64,000 bases of DNA from Tubulanus polymorphus. Its lineage: Eukaryota > Animalia > Nemertea. The notes below the pieces were generated by a model. That model did not search any database. It was not told the DNA's origin and saw only the letters and a list, made by a program, of their open reading frames with translations. The stretch spans positions 9,808,962-9,872,961 of the forward strand of contig NC_134034.1 in assembly GCF_964204645.1 (NCBI RefSeq), given 5' to 3'. Below, one piece after another: positions 40,101 to 52,869 of this stretch. The position numbers and the translations under genes are program-made. The first letter of the stretch is position 1, and each line of letters begins with the position of its first letter.

Positions 40101-43100
40101 TTTTTGGGTAAATTTCAAAGGAAAAAGTAAATCCAAATGGGTTATGATAAGGGCCAGAAAAGCCTTTTTGTCCCAATTGTTCTGCAGGAGGGCCACCAGA
40201 AGCTAGACACAAATTTTCATGCTTGCAGCCCTCGCATAGGATTGCTGAATATGCCCTTTTCAAATTAAGTTTTGCACATTCCTATATTCAGGTCCATATC
40301 CATCAAGGAATCGTAGATCCGCGCTTGACTCACGAGTTGAAATATTGAAAATTAATTAATCTTTAAACTCGAGAGTTTTTATCGAACTCGCAAAACTGCG
40401 GAACTGGGTCCAAGTACTATGAATCACTTTGCGCGAGATTGAATAATTTGTAGACAATATTCCAATCGCGATAGGCACAAAAAATTCTCAACAAACAGCC
40501 ACCAAATTTTGCGAAGAAAGAAATAAAATCATATTTTTTACAATTTTGGAAAGCGTAAAATATGATAATTCAAGCGAAATTTGGCCATTGAAGAAGAAAA
40601 ATTTGAAAAATTTTAATCTACGCGACCGTAGCATTTCTGTCTCCAAAAAGATTTCAGATATCAGAATTTTTAGTCTACAATCTGCGAGTGGGATTTCACC
40701 ACCTTACTCATATTTCAAGTGGGGTGATTTTTTAGAATTCTTGAAAAAGAACTAGAATTCTGAAAAATCGCCCATTATTTTTTGCCGAACCAATTGCCAA
40801 CCTTGAGGGCACTATTCTCTGATTTCATGTCGAATCAAGACCGAGGACCAGTCACACATTCTTCATGGCTTAGATTTAAGACTGGATATAGAACCAAAAT
40901 GAGCTCGGAATGGAACAATCTAACAACTTAAAACCAGTCTGTGCTCGTTTCGGTTCTGTAGCCAATCTAGCAACTTAAAACCAGTCTAAGCTCATTTTGG
41001 TTCCATAGCCAATCTAGCAACTTAAAACCAGTCTAAACTCATTTCAGTTCAATGACCAATCTCACACCTAACAACCAATTTTAAGAGTTTAAGGCCGCCT
41101 TTTGAACTTAAGTTTAGTGGTGCGAAAGTGGTCTTAAATCTCAAGACTGGTCCAGCTATAGAACCAACACGGTCTTAGACCGGTCTTAATTCTAAACCTA
41201 TCACTATCGAACCGGCCGTCGGTTCGTCAGGTTGAATGGAAAAAAAGAAGAAATACTTTTCCGAAGTGTGGAAGCCATCATTACCTCAAACCCTAGAACT
41301 ACATTCACTAATAAGTCGTTAAATAATCAATATTTCGACACGGTTAATTACCCAGTCCAGGTTATATTTACTGCTTACAGTACAAAACATGAAATACTCT
41401 CACGCCAAACATAAACGCATACACTACATATCTAATCAGTTGGCTCAGCGCCAAACGGAATTGATAAATAAATTATGTTGATAAAACGAGAATATGTTTT
41501 TAAACCAAACACTACTCGACAGACTAGACACTAAAGAGCGGGCGCGGGTACTCGAGGAGGTAAAACGCACGCCGCTGCTGATAAACCTGTGATAAACCTC
41601 TTCAGAGGATTACCACAGTGATTGATGACGGAGTAAAATGTGATTCAAACGCATCCATGAAATTCTCGGGATCCGCTTCATCGACTGGCCGATCCAGGGT
41701 TCTTACGAGACCTCTTTAAGACCGTCAAAATTTCCCTATTAGCATAGGGGGCATTTTAAGCAGTCAAGGGCAAAATATTATCACTACAAAAAAAAAAGAT
41801 TTCAAAACAGTGATTTCTGTAATTGGAAAACTGAGGCACAATTTTGTCGAATTTCTAGAAAATCGTATTTTCCTTTGCGAACGCCCTTTTCTCATGAAAT
41901 GGCCGTACGACCCTTAGATCTCAGATCGGCGACCCTCAGATCTCGCCAGCAGGTGAATCCGGGCTTCATGGCTATTGAATCATATTAACATCATCGGTGT
42001 TATCACCAGCAACGGGTTTTAAAGGGTTAACATATATCAACAGCATGCCTGAAAACCAAGGTAAAACGAAAGTCCGTTCCGTCGGGATATTGCTAGTTAT
42101 GGGTTATAAGTACGAAAAAAATTAAAAGATCTAATCCACAAGAGCTTGGAATTCAAAGTATGGGAATCTATTCGATATATCCGAGATATTTCGATCGGAA
42201 AATGACGCGCGCAATTTTTAATCGCGCGAAATTCTGAAAATCGTTCGCGTCATTTTCTAACGCCTTATCGCGACATCTCGAGTTTTCCACACATCCTCCC
42301 TCGGCAGGGATTCGAACCCGATGGCATAACTCAACTCGGCCACGACACAAAACCCTGCCTAGACAATAGACCCGGTGCGCAGCTTAGATGATGTCATTAT
42401 TAGCCAATCAGATATGACGTTTTATTTGAGCCCAGGTTTTCCATTTATAGTTTATCAGTGAAATCTTCCTCAGCAATTATACAACGAGCAATCTGATTGG
42501 TGCAGCAAGTTTTCCTGCGTTTAACCTGTGCATGTACCTGTACACCCGGTCTAGTGCGGCAGGCTGAGTCTAGCAATGGTATCAGGTTTTAATCCCTGCC
42601 GAGGAGGGATGGACATTCCAATTTCCGCAAATCATTTTCAACCTTCTCCTTAATCAATAATTCATTAGAAACAGAATTTCCTTATTAACCATATTCAAAA
42701 AAAAAAGAAGAAAAGAATCAAGAAACGTAATGAGAAAATGAACTAAAAAGAAAGTAGAATAGATGTAGGGTTTAGTGATATATGATACGATATTAATATT
42801 AATCCCTATAAATCTCTCTCCGGATAAGATTATATTGAAACTTACAAAAACATCATCATCACCCTAAAAATACACACAGTTTCAAAATGAAATTTCGATG
42901 AAAATAATCATCAAATCTGACGAATCTGGGGTCATATTAACCTCTTCAGCGCGTCTACACCGCAGTGCGGTGCATGGACATTGCTAGTACACCGTATCGT
43001 GGTGTATAGGTGTAATTAGTTTCTATATCTTTTGAAAGATGGCAGCACCTTGAAACATAGTGCAATAATGGTAACGATACACCGCACCGCAGTGTAGAGG

Positions 43101-44590
43101 CACTAAAGCGGCATGCGAGCCTAAAATAGGTAGAAGTATTCTTCCTGGAACATCATCCTAACAGATTGTCATCGTTAACCTTTTCAATGCATCTACACCA
43201 CAGTGCGGTGTATAAATTTAAAAGTGATGAATTTTTTTAATCTCCATTGAAAGGTGACAACACTGTAGAATAGTAGAGTGATGATACACCGCATAACAGT
43301 GTAGACATTCAATAGAGGTATGCCGGTGATACAACGCACTGGGGTGGAATATTTTCGGTGGTATTTCGATCTAAATAATTTAGGGGGGTATGGCAAAAGC
43401 CCTACAAGTCTATAGCCACCATCATACGGAGACAAAACTGGCTTGGATCGGCTTGGCCCGTGCTGAATTAGACGGCGCGTTCACATGTAAATCACTCACT
43501 CGATACAGAAACGCAATAATTTGACCCACGCTTAAGTTTGGCACGGACCTGGAACGACATATTTGTGGGCAAACAGGCACAGACCCATTTGGCACTCGCC
43601 TAATCTTGCACGAGTCGATAAACCTTGTGTGGTCGCAGGTCACAGAGAATACTGAATTTGGGATGTCGGGTGTGTGAGTGTCACATGCAAATCAAATTAA
43701 ACATCTGTTCTTCTACTGTTTGAACCCCTATCACTATCCCGACAAACCCCTATCCATAAATAACGTTGGAACTTTGCCAGAGCGCTCTCCGTGGGCCGGC
43801 TTAATGCGATTATTATCAAATTTATGATGAAATCGAATTCTCGAGAGGGAATCTTACACTCGATGTTTGTAACGGGCTACGAAATGCTAAAGAAATCATA
43901 ACACGCGATAAACGGCTGCTGTGCGCGCGGGTCGGCGATTGTCTGAAATTAATCGGAAAAGAAATTTAATTCCGCAAAATTGTGTTTCCATGGTTCAATT
44001 CAGGGGCTTTCTTTCAAATGCCATATTTTGGGCGTGTACCCGTCCCTGAATCAGACCTTATAGATCACTGTCCCTCGGCTTTCTGATTGAATACCACGCC
44101 AAGCGAGATCAATTTCAATCTATCCGATCAATAAATAAAACGATTTTCCATAAAATTTCTAAGCAATATGTAAAATAGGAATAGTCGCCAATTTTAGACC
44201 CCTCTCCCTGAGGAGGCGAACCTACATTAAGCCTCAAACCTCAATCGATAAAAAACATCGAACCCTCCCCCTCACGTGGATTACATTTCTGCTCAACTAA
44301 ATCGGGAAAAATCATTACTATTTAGAATGGGCGTAAAAAATCTTCCGCCCCGTTGCCAAGCAACGCGTAGTCTGCCGCGTTGCGCAGAGATCGCCCGTAT
44401 TAGGAAAGAAACGCGGCAGGTATCGTTTTTATCGACGAATACATATACAGCGACGTCGGCGGGTATGTGTGCGTTATACCGCTGCCTGATTTCACCGCTG
44501 ATTCCGTCCAGCTGTCACGCCGACCCTGGCAAGCTACCGATGACAACAGTGTCGTTTACAAATGATCGATTATAATATAAAGGGAACTAT

Positions 44591-44645
<55 letters not shown>

Positions 44646-47600
44646 AGAATTTGCATTTCCCCAGTGGGGGCAGTGTCGAGATTTCATGAGGTGCTGCTAT
44701 TAATAATGAAAGTGAAATATCTAATAAGAATAACTATCTAATAAATACCTAAATCAATCAGAAGGCTAATAGTCAAGGGAAGTAAGATCAGTAATCAACA
44801 GTAAGACCCTCAGTAACTTTATATTTCTGTTGAAATAAATCAGGAACCAACAGTAAGACCCTCAGTAACATCTTTCATATTTCTGTTCAAATTTATCATT
44901 AATCAACAGTAAGACCCTCAGTAACATCTTTCATATTTCTGTTCAAGGGGGCTAAGCCCTCAGTAACACCTTTGGGTAAGACCCTCAATGATATATTTTG
45001 CATTCGTAGAAATGTCACCAGGGCACTGAACCAAAGTGTCGGTAAAAGGGTGAATTTCTTTCCAAGAAATTTTCACTACAATATTAGAGAAATGCTGAAA
45101 TTAATCAGCAATCAAGGTAGGGAAGGTAACTCACTATAACTCATAACCAACTAGAAATCATTCATTTTTACAATAGGAGGAAAAACTTGTTACAACTTTG
45201 AAAAGTATACAACGATAAATCGGGAAAAACTCGAAATCATTCATCAGGGTCTAACACCTGCAGTAAAGGTCACCCTTCCACTGTGTGGCGCTAGTGTTAT
45301 TAAAGGATAGTGTTATGGTTAGGATAACGTCGTACAAAACAAATAAGGGACGCCTAAACTGTAGTCGCTCCATTCATAGATATTTTCGAGGTGGTGTTGA
45401 TTTCTCTGAAGTCGTCGTTCTAAAAATAATGACCGTTCTGTTCGGTGCTTGTATTCGTTATTACTCGGTGCGTGTATTCGTTATTACTTGGTGCGTGTAT
45501 TCGTTATTACCAGGGGTTCCGTTTCGTAGACCGGTGGCGACATCGATCCAGGGTAATTTTCGAGAGACTTTCTCGAGTTGCACCGGTCGATGAAACCAAT
45601 CCCCGGGAATGATTTCATATCCACACGAACGGGAAACTTCCCCAAATAAACATTTTAAAAAATAGCAACCGGGCCGAAAAGTCAAACCAACTATAGCCGA
45701 ATGATTTAAGCTCGCTCTAAAATTTAAGCCCATTTACTTTTTAAGAGCAACCTTTAAAGCCTTTTTTTGAAAATCTATTGTGGCAAGTGAAGATCCACCA
45801 GGTGTCGCTAGTCTGCAGTAGGATATCAACTATTGCCGTAACAGAGGATTCCTTCGGTGGCAAGTTATAATCCACCAGGTGTCTCTAGTGCGCAGTAGGA
45901 CATCAACTACTGTGGCAATAGAGGATTCCACCCGGTGGCGGTAATGTACATAAAGCTAACTCAATTGAAAATTGACTAAATGTAGATGGATAATGTTCTA
46001 TTACTGTAAGGTGTAAGGCACGCCATCTGGTGAGATAGCTAGTATGTCCTACTGTTTTGATGCGCCATCTGGTGGTATATCTAGCAAGTATGTCCTAGTT
46101 TCGCCATCTGGCGGGATAGTTGGCGACACAGTCATCGAGAGGCCTGTCGTTCTTCGGACTAGATTAGTTTGACCGTCGGAAACGTTACTGTGGTTGGGGG
46201 TGGGGTGTACAACACACTGTGACCTACCAGATACTAAACTACTATACTGAGATACTGATATAAGATATACACACACACACACACACATATTGACACTTAC
46301 CACTTCACCACTAATTGTATTAGCACGTGGCCGGTGATCGAAGAACTGCGGATTCCGATAACGCGGATCGTATAAAACATGTCCGACGCGTTCACCGGGC
46401 GATCGGTGTCCTCCTCCGCCGGGACTGTTACCCTGACTACGCGGGCTATCACCGGCGCTGAATCGCTGGTACAGCTTATCGACCGGCACGCCCATCGGAC
46501 TGCGCGCGGCTTTACGCGTCGTCGCTGCGGGCGCCGCGCCGTCGACCGTTCGTCCTTCGAGTATCTGGCTCATCGGCGTCGGCGTTTTCGGACTCGTACA
46601 CGGGAAGTCTAACATTTTATTCGCGCTGGTCGGACTCGGCGAGCTGCCCGCGCTGGTCGCCACGTTGTTCTTCTTGCCCCACGAGCCCGAACGCGGCCTG
46701 TGCGAACCGGCGAACTCCGGGCTGTTCATCAAATTATCGTTCTGCAAACTCAGCTTCTTTTTCGCCTTCTGACTACGAAACGAGTCGAACAGATTTTTCA
46801 CCTTGTTGCCGCTCGGCGACACGATGACCTTCATCGACTCGTCCTGCGACTTGTGGCGCTGGCGATTTTTCGGCCGCACGAGGTTTTTGATGCCGCCCGA
46901 ATTCGAGCGCGGGCGGTACGCGCCGTCGACGAAGTCCGCCGCCGTGTTATTTGGTTCGCCGGATGTGTCCGATTCCAATAGGGGCATAGCAAAGTGACTT
47001 AAATCCTAAAATGTAAAATTTTTTCATTATATACTCGGGTGGGTTTGTCGCCCTCTAATAAGCACCAATACGTAAATAAACCCGGTTTATTTCATTAATC
47101 CGTTAAAAACTATCAAACCATTCCCGTGTTCAGGCGATAGTGCTGCGCCCTATCGTCTAAACCTCAAACTACGAAAGTATGACCCGTTAAAATGAAAATC
47201 CAATCGCGAAAAATTAAAGGGCACTTTTATTCCTTCCACCCCCCAACTATTCCAACATACACGGAAACTGTTTGATTTTACGCCCGATTTAGCTATATCT
47301 ACAAATTCCAACGACCATTCCCTGACATTAAAAAAAAAGAAGACATTTCCCAGACCTTTCCCAGATTTCCAGGTATAAGTGGCAACCCTGAAAATTATAT
47401 ACATACATTGATTAAACTACTAGCGCAATCTATTGTCTAAATCTATTACTAATAAACGGCAGGAACAAACACCAAATAAAGGGTTAACTACTGGGTAGAT
47501 TTCCCTTGGGTAAAGCATCAACTCGAGTATATGTTGGAAATGCATCTCGAATAAGTAATAGTAATACAGGGCTGCCCAAATCATAAACGTGTTATTAGTA

Positions 47601-50600
47601 ACGTATTGAATACAAGAAATGTTCAAATTAATCAGTAATCAACATTAAGACCCTCAGTAACATCTTTCATATTTCTGTTCGAATTAATCAGTAATCAACA
47701 GTAACACCCTCGGTAACATCTTTCATATTTCTGTTCAAATTAATCAGTAATCAACAGTAACACTCTCGGTAACATCTTTCATATTTCTGTTCAAATTAAT
47801 CAGTAATCAACAGTAAGACCCTCAGTAATATTTTTCATATTTCTGTTCAAATTAATCAGTAATCAATAGTACGACCCTCAGTAACATCTTTCATATTTCT
47901 GTTCAAATTAATCAGTAATCAACAGTAAGACCCTCAGTAACATCTTTCATATTTCTGTTCAAATTAATCAGTAATCAACAGTAAGACCATCAGTAACATC
48001 TTTCATATTTCTGTTCAAATGAATCAGTAATCAACAGTAAGACCCTCAGTAACATCTTTCATATTTCTGTTCAAATTAATCAGTAATCAACAGTAAGACC
48101 ATCAGTAACATCTTTCATATTTCTGTTCAAATTAATCAGTAATCAACAGTAAAACCCTCAGTAACATCTTTCATATTTCTGTTCATATGAATCAGTAATC
48201 AACAGTAAGACCCTCAGTAACATCTTTCATATTTCTGTTCAAATTAATCAGCAATCAACATTAAGACCATCAGTAACATCTTTCATATTTCTGTCCAAAT
48301 TAATCAGTAATCAACAGTAAGACCATCAGCAACACCTTTCGTATTTCTCTTCATATTAATCAGTAATCAACAGTAAGACCCTCAGCAACACCTTTCATAT
48401 TTCTGTTCATATTAATCAGTAATCAACAGTAAGACCCTCAGTAACACCTTTCATATTTCTGTTCATATGAATCAGTAATCAACAGTAATATCCTCAGTAA
48501 CATCTTTCATATTTCTGTTCAAATTAATCAGTAATCAACAGTAAGACCCTCAGTAACATCTTTCATATTTCTGTTCAAATTAATCAGTAATCAACAGTAA
48601 GATCCTCAGTAACATCTTTCATATTTCTGTATGCATCAAACAAATCAAATCAGTATTTCTTGTTATGAAATAGTAACAAATACTGAAAACCAGGAACTTG
48701 GAAGGCATGGTAATAGTGATTGAATATCTACAGCGCCCTTATCACAGTGATACAATTTTCAACGGCACTTTTCATTAAAATCGGTATTATTACCTTATTA
48801 CCCCCCCCCCTCGCCTAAAACTCTAACATGTATCAGAGTCATCTCTCACTGGGGAGAAGTAACATATGAGCAGAAGTCATCTATCAGGCCAGGTACCCAT
48901 TTACTCCTGGGTGGAGAGAGGCAATGAGGATTACTGTCTTGCCCGAGGACACTACGGCAAAGTACCGGGTTCGAACTCGTGACCCGGCTTGCCACAGTCG
49001 AACGCTCTAACCACTCGCCCCACACCATTCCCTCGGAGTAAAAGGGTTAATAATCCCATGCAATATGAAATTCATAGAATGCGTGAAACTCGTAATTGCT
49101 CGAGATTATTCAAATACGAATGTGACGCTCAATTAGCGTCCGATGTTAGCAGGAACGCGGACGCAGCGCGGATTACTGTTCAAACCCCGGCCCCATTCAG
49201 CTCATCAATTCCGATACATAACGAACCATTCTCCCGGCGAGGGCGGAAAAGAATTTAATTGAGGATTTATCGTGGCAGACGCACAAACGGCGACATTAGC
49301 CCCGAGGGGGGGGGGGCTTGAGATAATCAACCAAATCCGGACGACGAGTTCCTTGCGCAATTACTCGAAATAAACGGTCAGTTCGTTCGTGAAATAGACT
49401 CTCGAGTTCGCGTTTTTCAATAGAGAAAATCTCGCGACTAGAATAAAAACGAATCGGAAATGTTTCCTCGAGTTAACAGTTAATTTCGATGTTTCGACCA
49501 GTATCCGAACGTTTCCTGAAGCTAGTAGTCCGATTTCAGCATTTAAACTAGATATCCTGATTAGCCACCTTCAGGAGTACTTATAAGTATTTTAACGAAA
49601 TGATTGTAATAAAAAGAATCCAGCATTCAACCCAAAAAACTATACCCTAAAAGACATCTTCAAGAACGCTTAGAGTTGTGTAACAAAATTGTGATATTTT
49701 ACAATGCAGAACAAAGGGACTATCTAAGTATTAAGATATCATACAAACTGGGAATCATATACGGCTTCGCACCATTACGAACTATTTAAAAAAAGTTTAT
49801 TGCGTACTATAGTCCATTTATGAATGGATGAGACAACATTTTTTGTTTTCCCGTAAAATTTCAGGGCTACTATATGTTTTTAGGGGTGCACACCCCCTAA
49901 CCCTTTACTTGGATCCGCCCATGGCTATCCGAAGTCGAGTCTGCTGTATCATTTTTCGTAATGACCTATACAGGCGCTGAGTCTTTCGTTCTTGAAACGC
50001 ACGAAAACCTAATCTTTAATTCTAAAGATCTCTACAATTGTTTCAAAACAATGGCCGTGCAACATTGATGTTACGAATCGTAATAAAAATCTCTCACTTC
50101 CATGACAAAAAAAAATCAATCGCAATTTTCCCTCTGGCACTACACAAAAATCAATCCCTATGGAAACGCGTATTAACCCTTTCAGTGCGTCTACACCTCA
50201 GTGCGGTGTATGAATCAGTGATGTATTTTGCTAGTACACCGCACTGCGGTATATTGATGTAATTAGTAATTAGTTTTTATCTCTATTGAAAGATGGCAGC
50301 ACCTGTCAAACATAGTGAAATACTAGTAACTAACGATACACCCCGCTGCAGTGTAAACGAACTATAGTGGTATTCCTGTTATTCAACACACTAGGGTGGA
50401 ATTTTTTTTAAATTTTAAATTATCTCAAGCACTATAGGGTATTGATTAGTCAGCACTGAAAGGGTTAACAGACTATTTGATCGAAATGCACTTTAAAAAA
50501 AATTCATGACAAAGTAACAAGTGACATTGTACGATAAAAATCAATATAATTATTTTCAAAACCTAAAGTTAGAAGTGGTACACGACACTACGTGTATGGG

Positions 50601-52796
50601 AACATGTTTTCTCTAGCCGAAGGCTCATTTGTAAACAACGAATATAGATTTTTCGCTCGGCTATTCTGAGAAAGCGGTTTTATTAGCGACAATGTTATTG
50701 CGGTACATGCTGTCTTCATTGACCTTGTCGTATTGTGCAAAACAGACGCAAAATAACAGAAAATTTCGTCGTCGTTTGCAAAACAACACCACCTGGTGAG
50801 GGGCTACTGACAACAAATTTAGGTCTTTGAAAATGAGCATGATGTCTGATGTTTGTAGTTAATTTTCAATCAAAAACGTCTCAGGTGAAGTTCTGAACAC
50901 ATGTGAAGTGTGGACGATCAGTTTGAAAATTTGCTGATAAAATGTCTAAAGTCTGGTGTTTGTAGTTCATCTTCAATTAAATATGCCTCAGGTGAAGTTC
51001 TGAACACATGTGAAGTGTGGACGATCAGTTTTTGAAAGTGTGTTGATAAAATGTCTAATGTCTGGTGTTTTTAGTTTAGTTTATCTTCAATTAAAAATGT
51101 CTCAGGTGAAGAACTGAACACATGTGGAGTATGGACGATCAGTTTTTGAAAGTGTGTTGATAAAATGTCTAATATCTGATTTTTGTAGTTCGTTTTAAAA
51201 TTAATATCAGTCTGACCGATGAAGTCCTGAACACAAATCAATGTAGGCCGACACATTGATATACTTATTTTCAGAATAATTCTAGCGAGACCAACCGACC
51301 GACCTCACTGACCTCGACAAACAACCAATAAAACTTCGCCCTCATTACGATGAATAAAAAAAGAAGAAAGAAAAAAAGGGCCAGCAGAGTAAAGAAATCG
51401 CGCATCAAACATTTCATCGTCATTAGATCATCAAAACAGTAAAATCGCATGGAATCCGGGAAACCCTAGACGCCTTACATTACATCGACGCGCGCACTGG
51501 AGAGTCCTGCATGTATTGCGTAAACAAGTAACGAGCATTAAAAATATGACGACCTTGGTGGTAAAAACGGTGCAATCGACGACCTAATATTCGCGCTGTT
51601 GTTATTACAGTTATTCGTTATAGTAGTGCCCTAACATTACGGTTATAGGGGGGGGGGGGGCGACAGAGGTCTCGAAACGCGAATCCAACCAACTATGTCA
51701 TATTGGTGTGGTCTAATATAATAACACAAAAACAATTTATATGACTATCTAGTCTCCAGCACTGGTTGACAAACAAGCTACAATATCACGTGTGCGCGGC
51801 GCCTTCTTTATAGTAGGGGCTTAACTTTGTGTCTTGAATGCGTTCATTTACGCACAACGTATTGACCTTACCAGGCTGAGGGTGTTTGTTATGCCTTACG
51901 GTGTTATGACTTGACATGAGACTAGTTTGTTGGTCGTACAGGAACAGTCGGTCTATTCAATGCCTATGATATTTAGTGAACAATTCGACCGCATGAGAAC
52001 AAACATAGCAAACTGGATCCAGCAAATCAGGGCGACCACTTGACATGCTATCCCCCCCAACGGACCCCCCTCCCCCCAATTATTCCCTGATACACACATT
52101 ATTTTCCCTGACTTGATCTGCTAAGAATCCGATCAATTTACATAAATACATGAGACAAAGACAGAACTGTTCGATTATACGCATGATCTATCAATCTCAA
52201 CAAATTTCCATGACTTTCCACTGATTTGTTGCTTTTTTTTTAAACAAAATTCCCTTTTAAAAGAAAAGGAATTTCCCTGGGTTATTCCTGTAAATGCATG
52301 ACCTCATTTCAAAAGTCAAAACAGCAAATTGAGTATTTTCAGAGAGAGACTGGTAACAACAACAACAAGAGGGTGAAAGCACCTTGACCTTCATTTCCGC
52401 TCGTGCAAACAAATAACAAACCGCAGGGTACATAACCATAACAGACTTTTGTGTAGAGCATGACCTGATTTTCATAACTGTGGTTCTCAAATAGTAAACA
52501 CTGGGAGGTTAACCCTCTCTACAACACGCCCCCCAGGTCCGCCGCACCACGCCTATTTTCTATTCGCGATATCATCCAGGTTGCGGGTGACACGTGCGCG
52601 CCAGCGCCTACCCCCACAACAACACATGGCCTGACTACTCCATCGGAACACATCTGTGACACGTGATAGAGTTGGCCACAGTCAGTAGGTCAGGAAATAT
52701 AAATCCTCAGCTATCTCCATGGTATCTAAACCTTGCCTATGATATCAAAGGTATCTAAACGCTGCCTATGATATCAAAGGAGGGGGGCTGCCCTGG

Positions 52797-52869
<73 letters not shown>

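Noticed and set aside
46049-46300. C-terminal part of the 312-aa ORF
   Set aside because: It lies past the gtaagt donor at 46300 and reads through (TG)n and repeat sequence.
48960-49033. tRNA gene
   Set aside because: The A/B boxes run into a CORE-SINE body with no acceptor stem or terminator, so it is a SINE head.
51872-51917. Possible first exon [15 protein letters not shown] with gtaagg donor
   Set aside because: It ends in phase 1, incompatible with the next acceptor (47005, phase 0).
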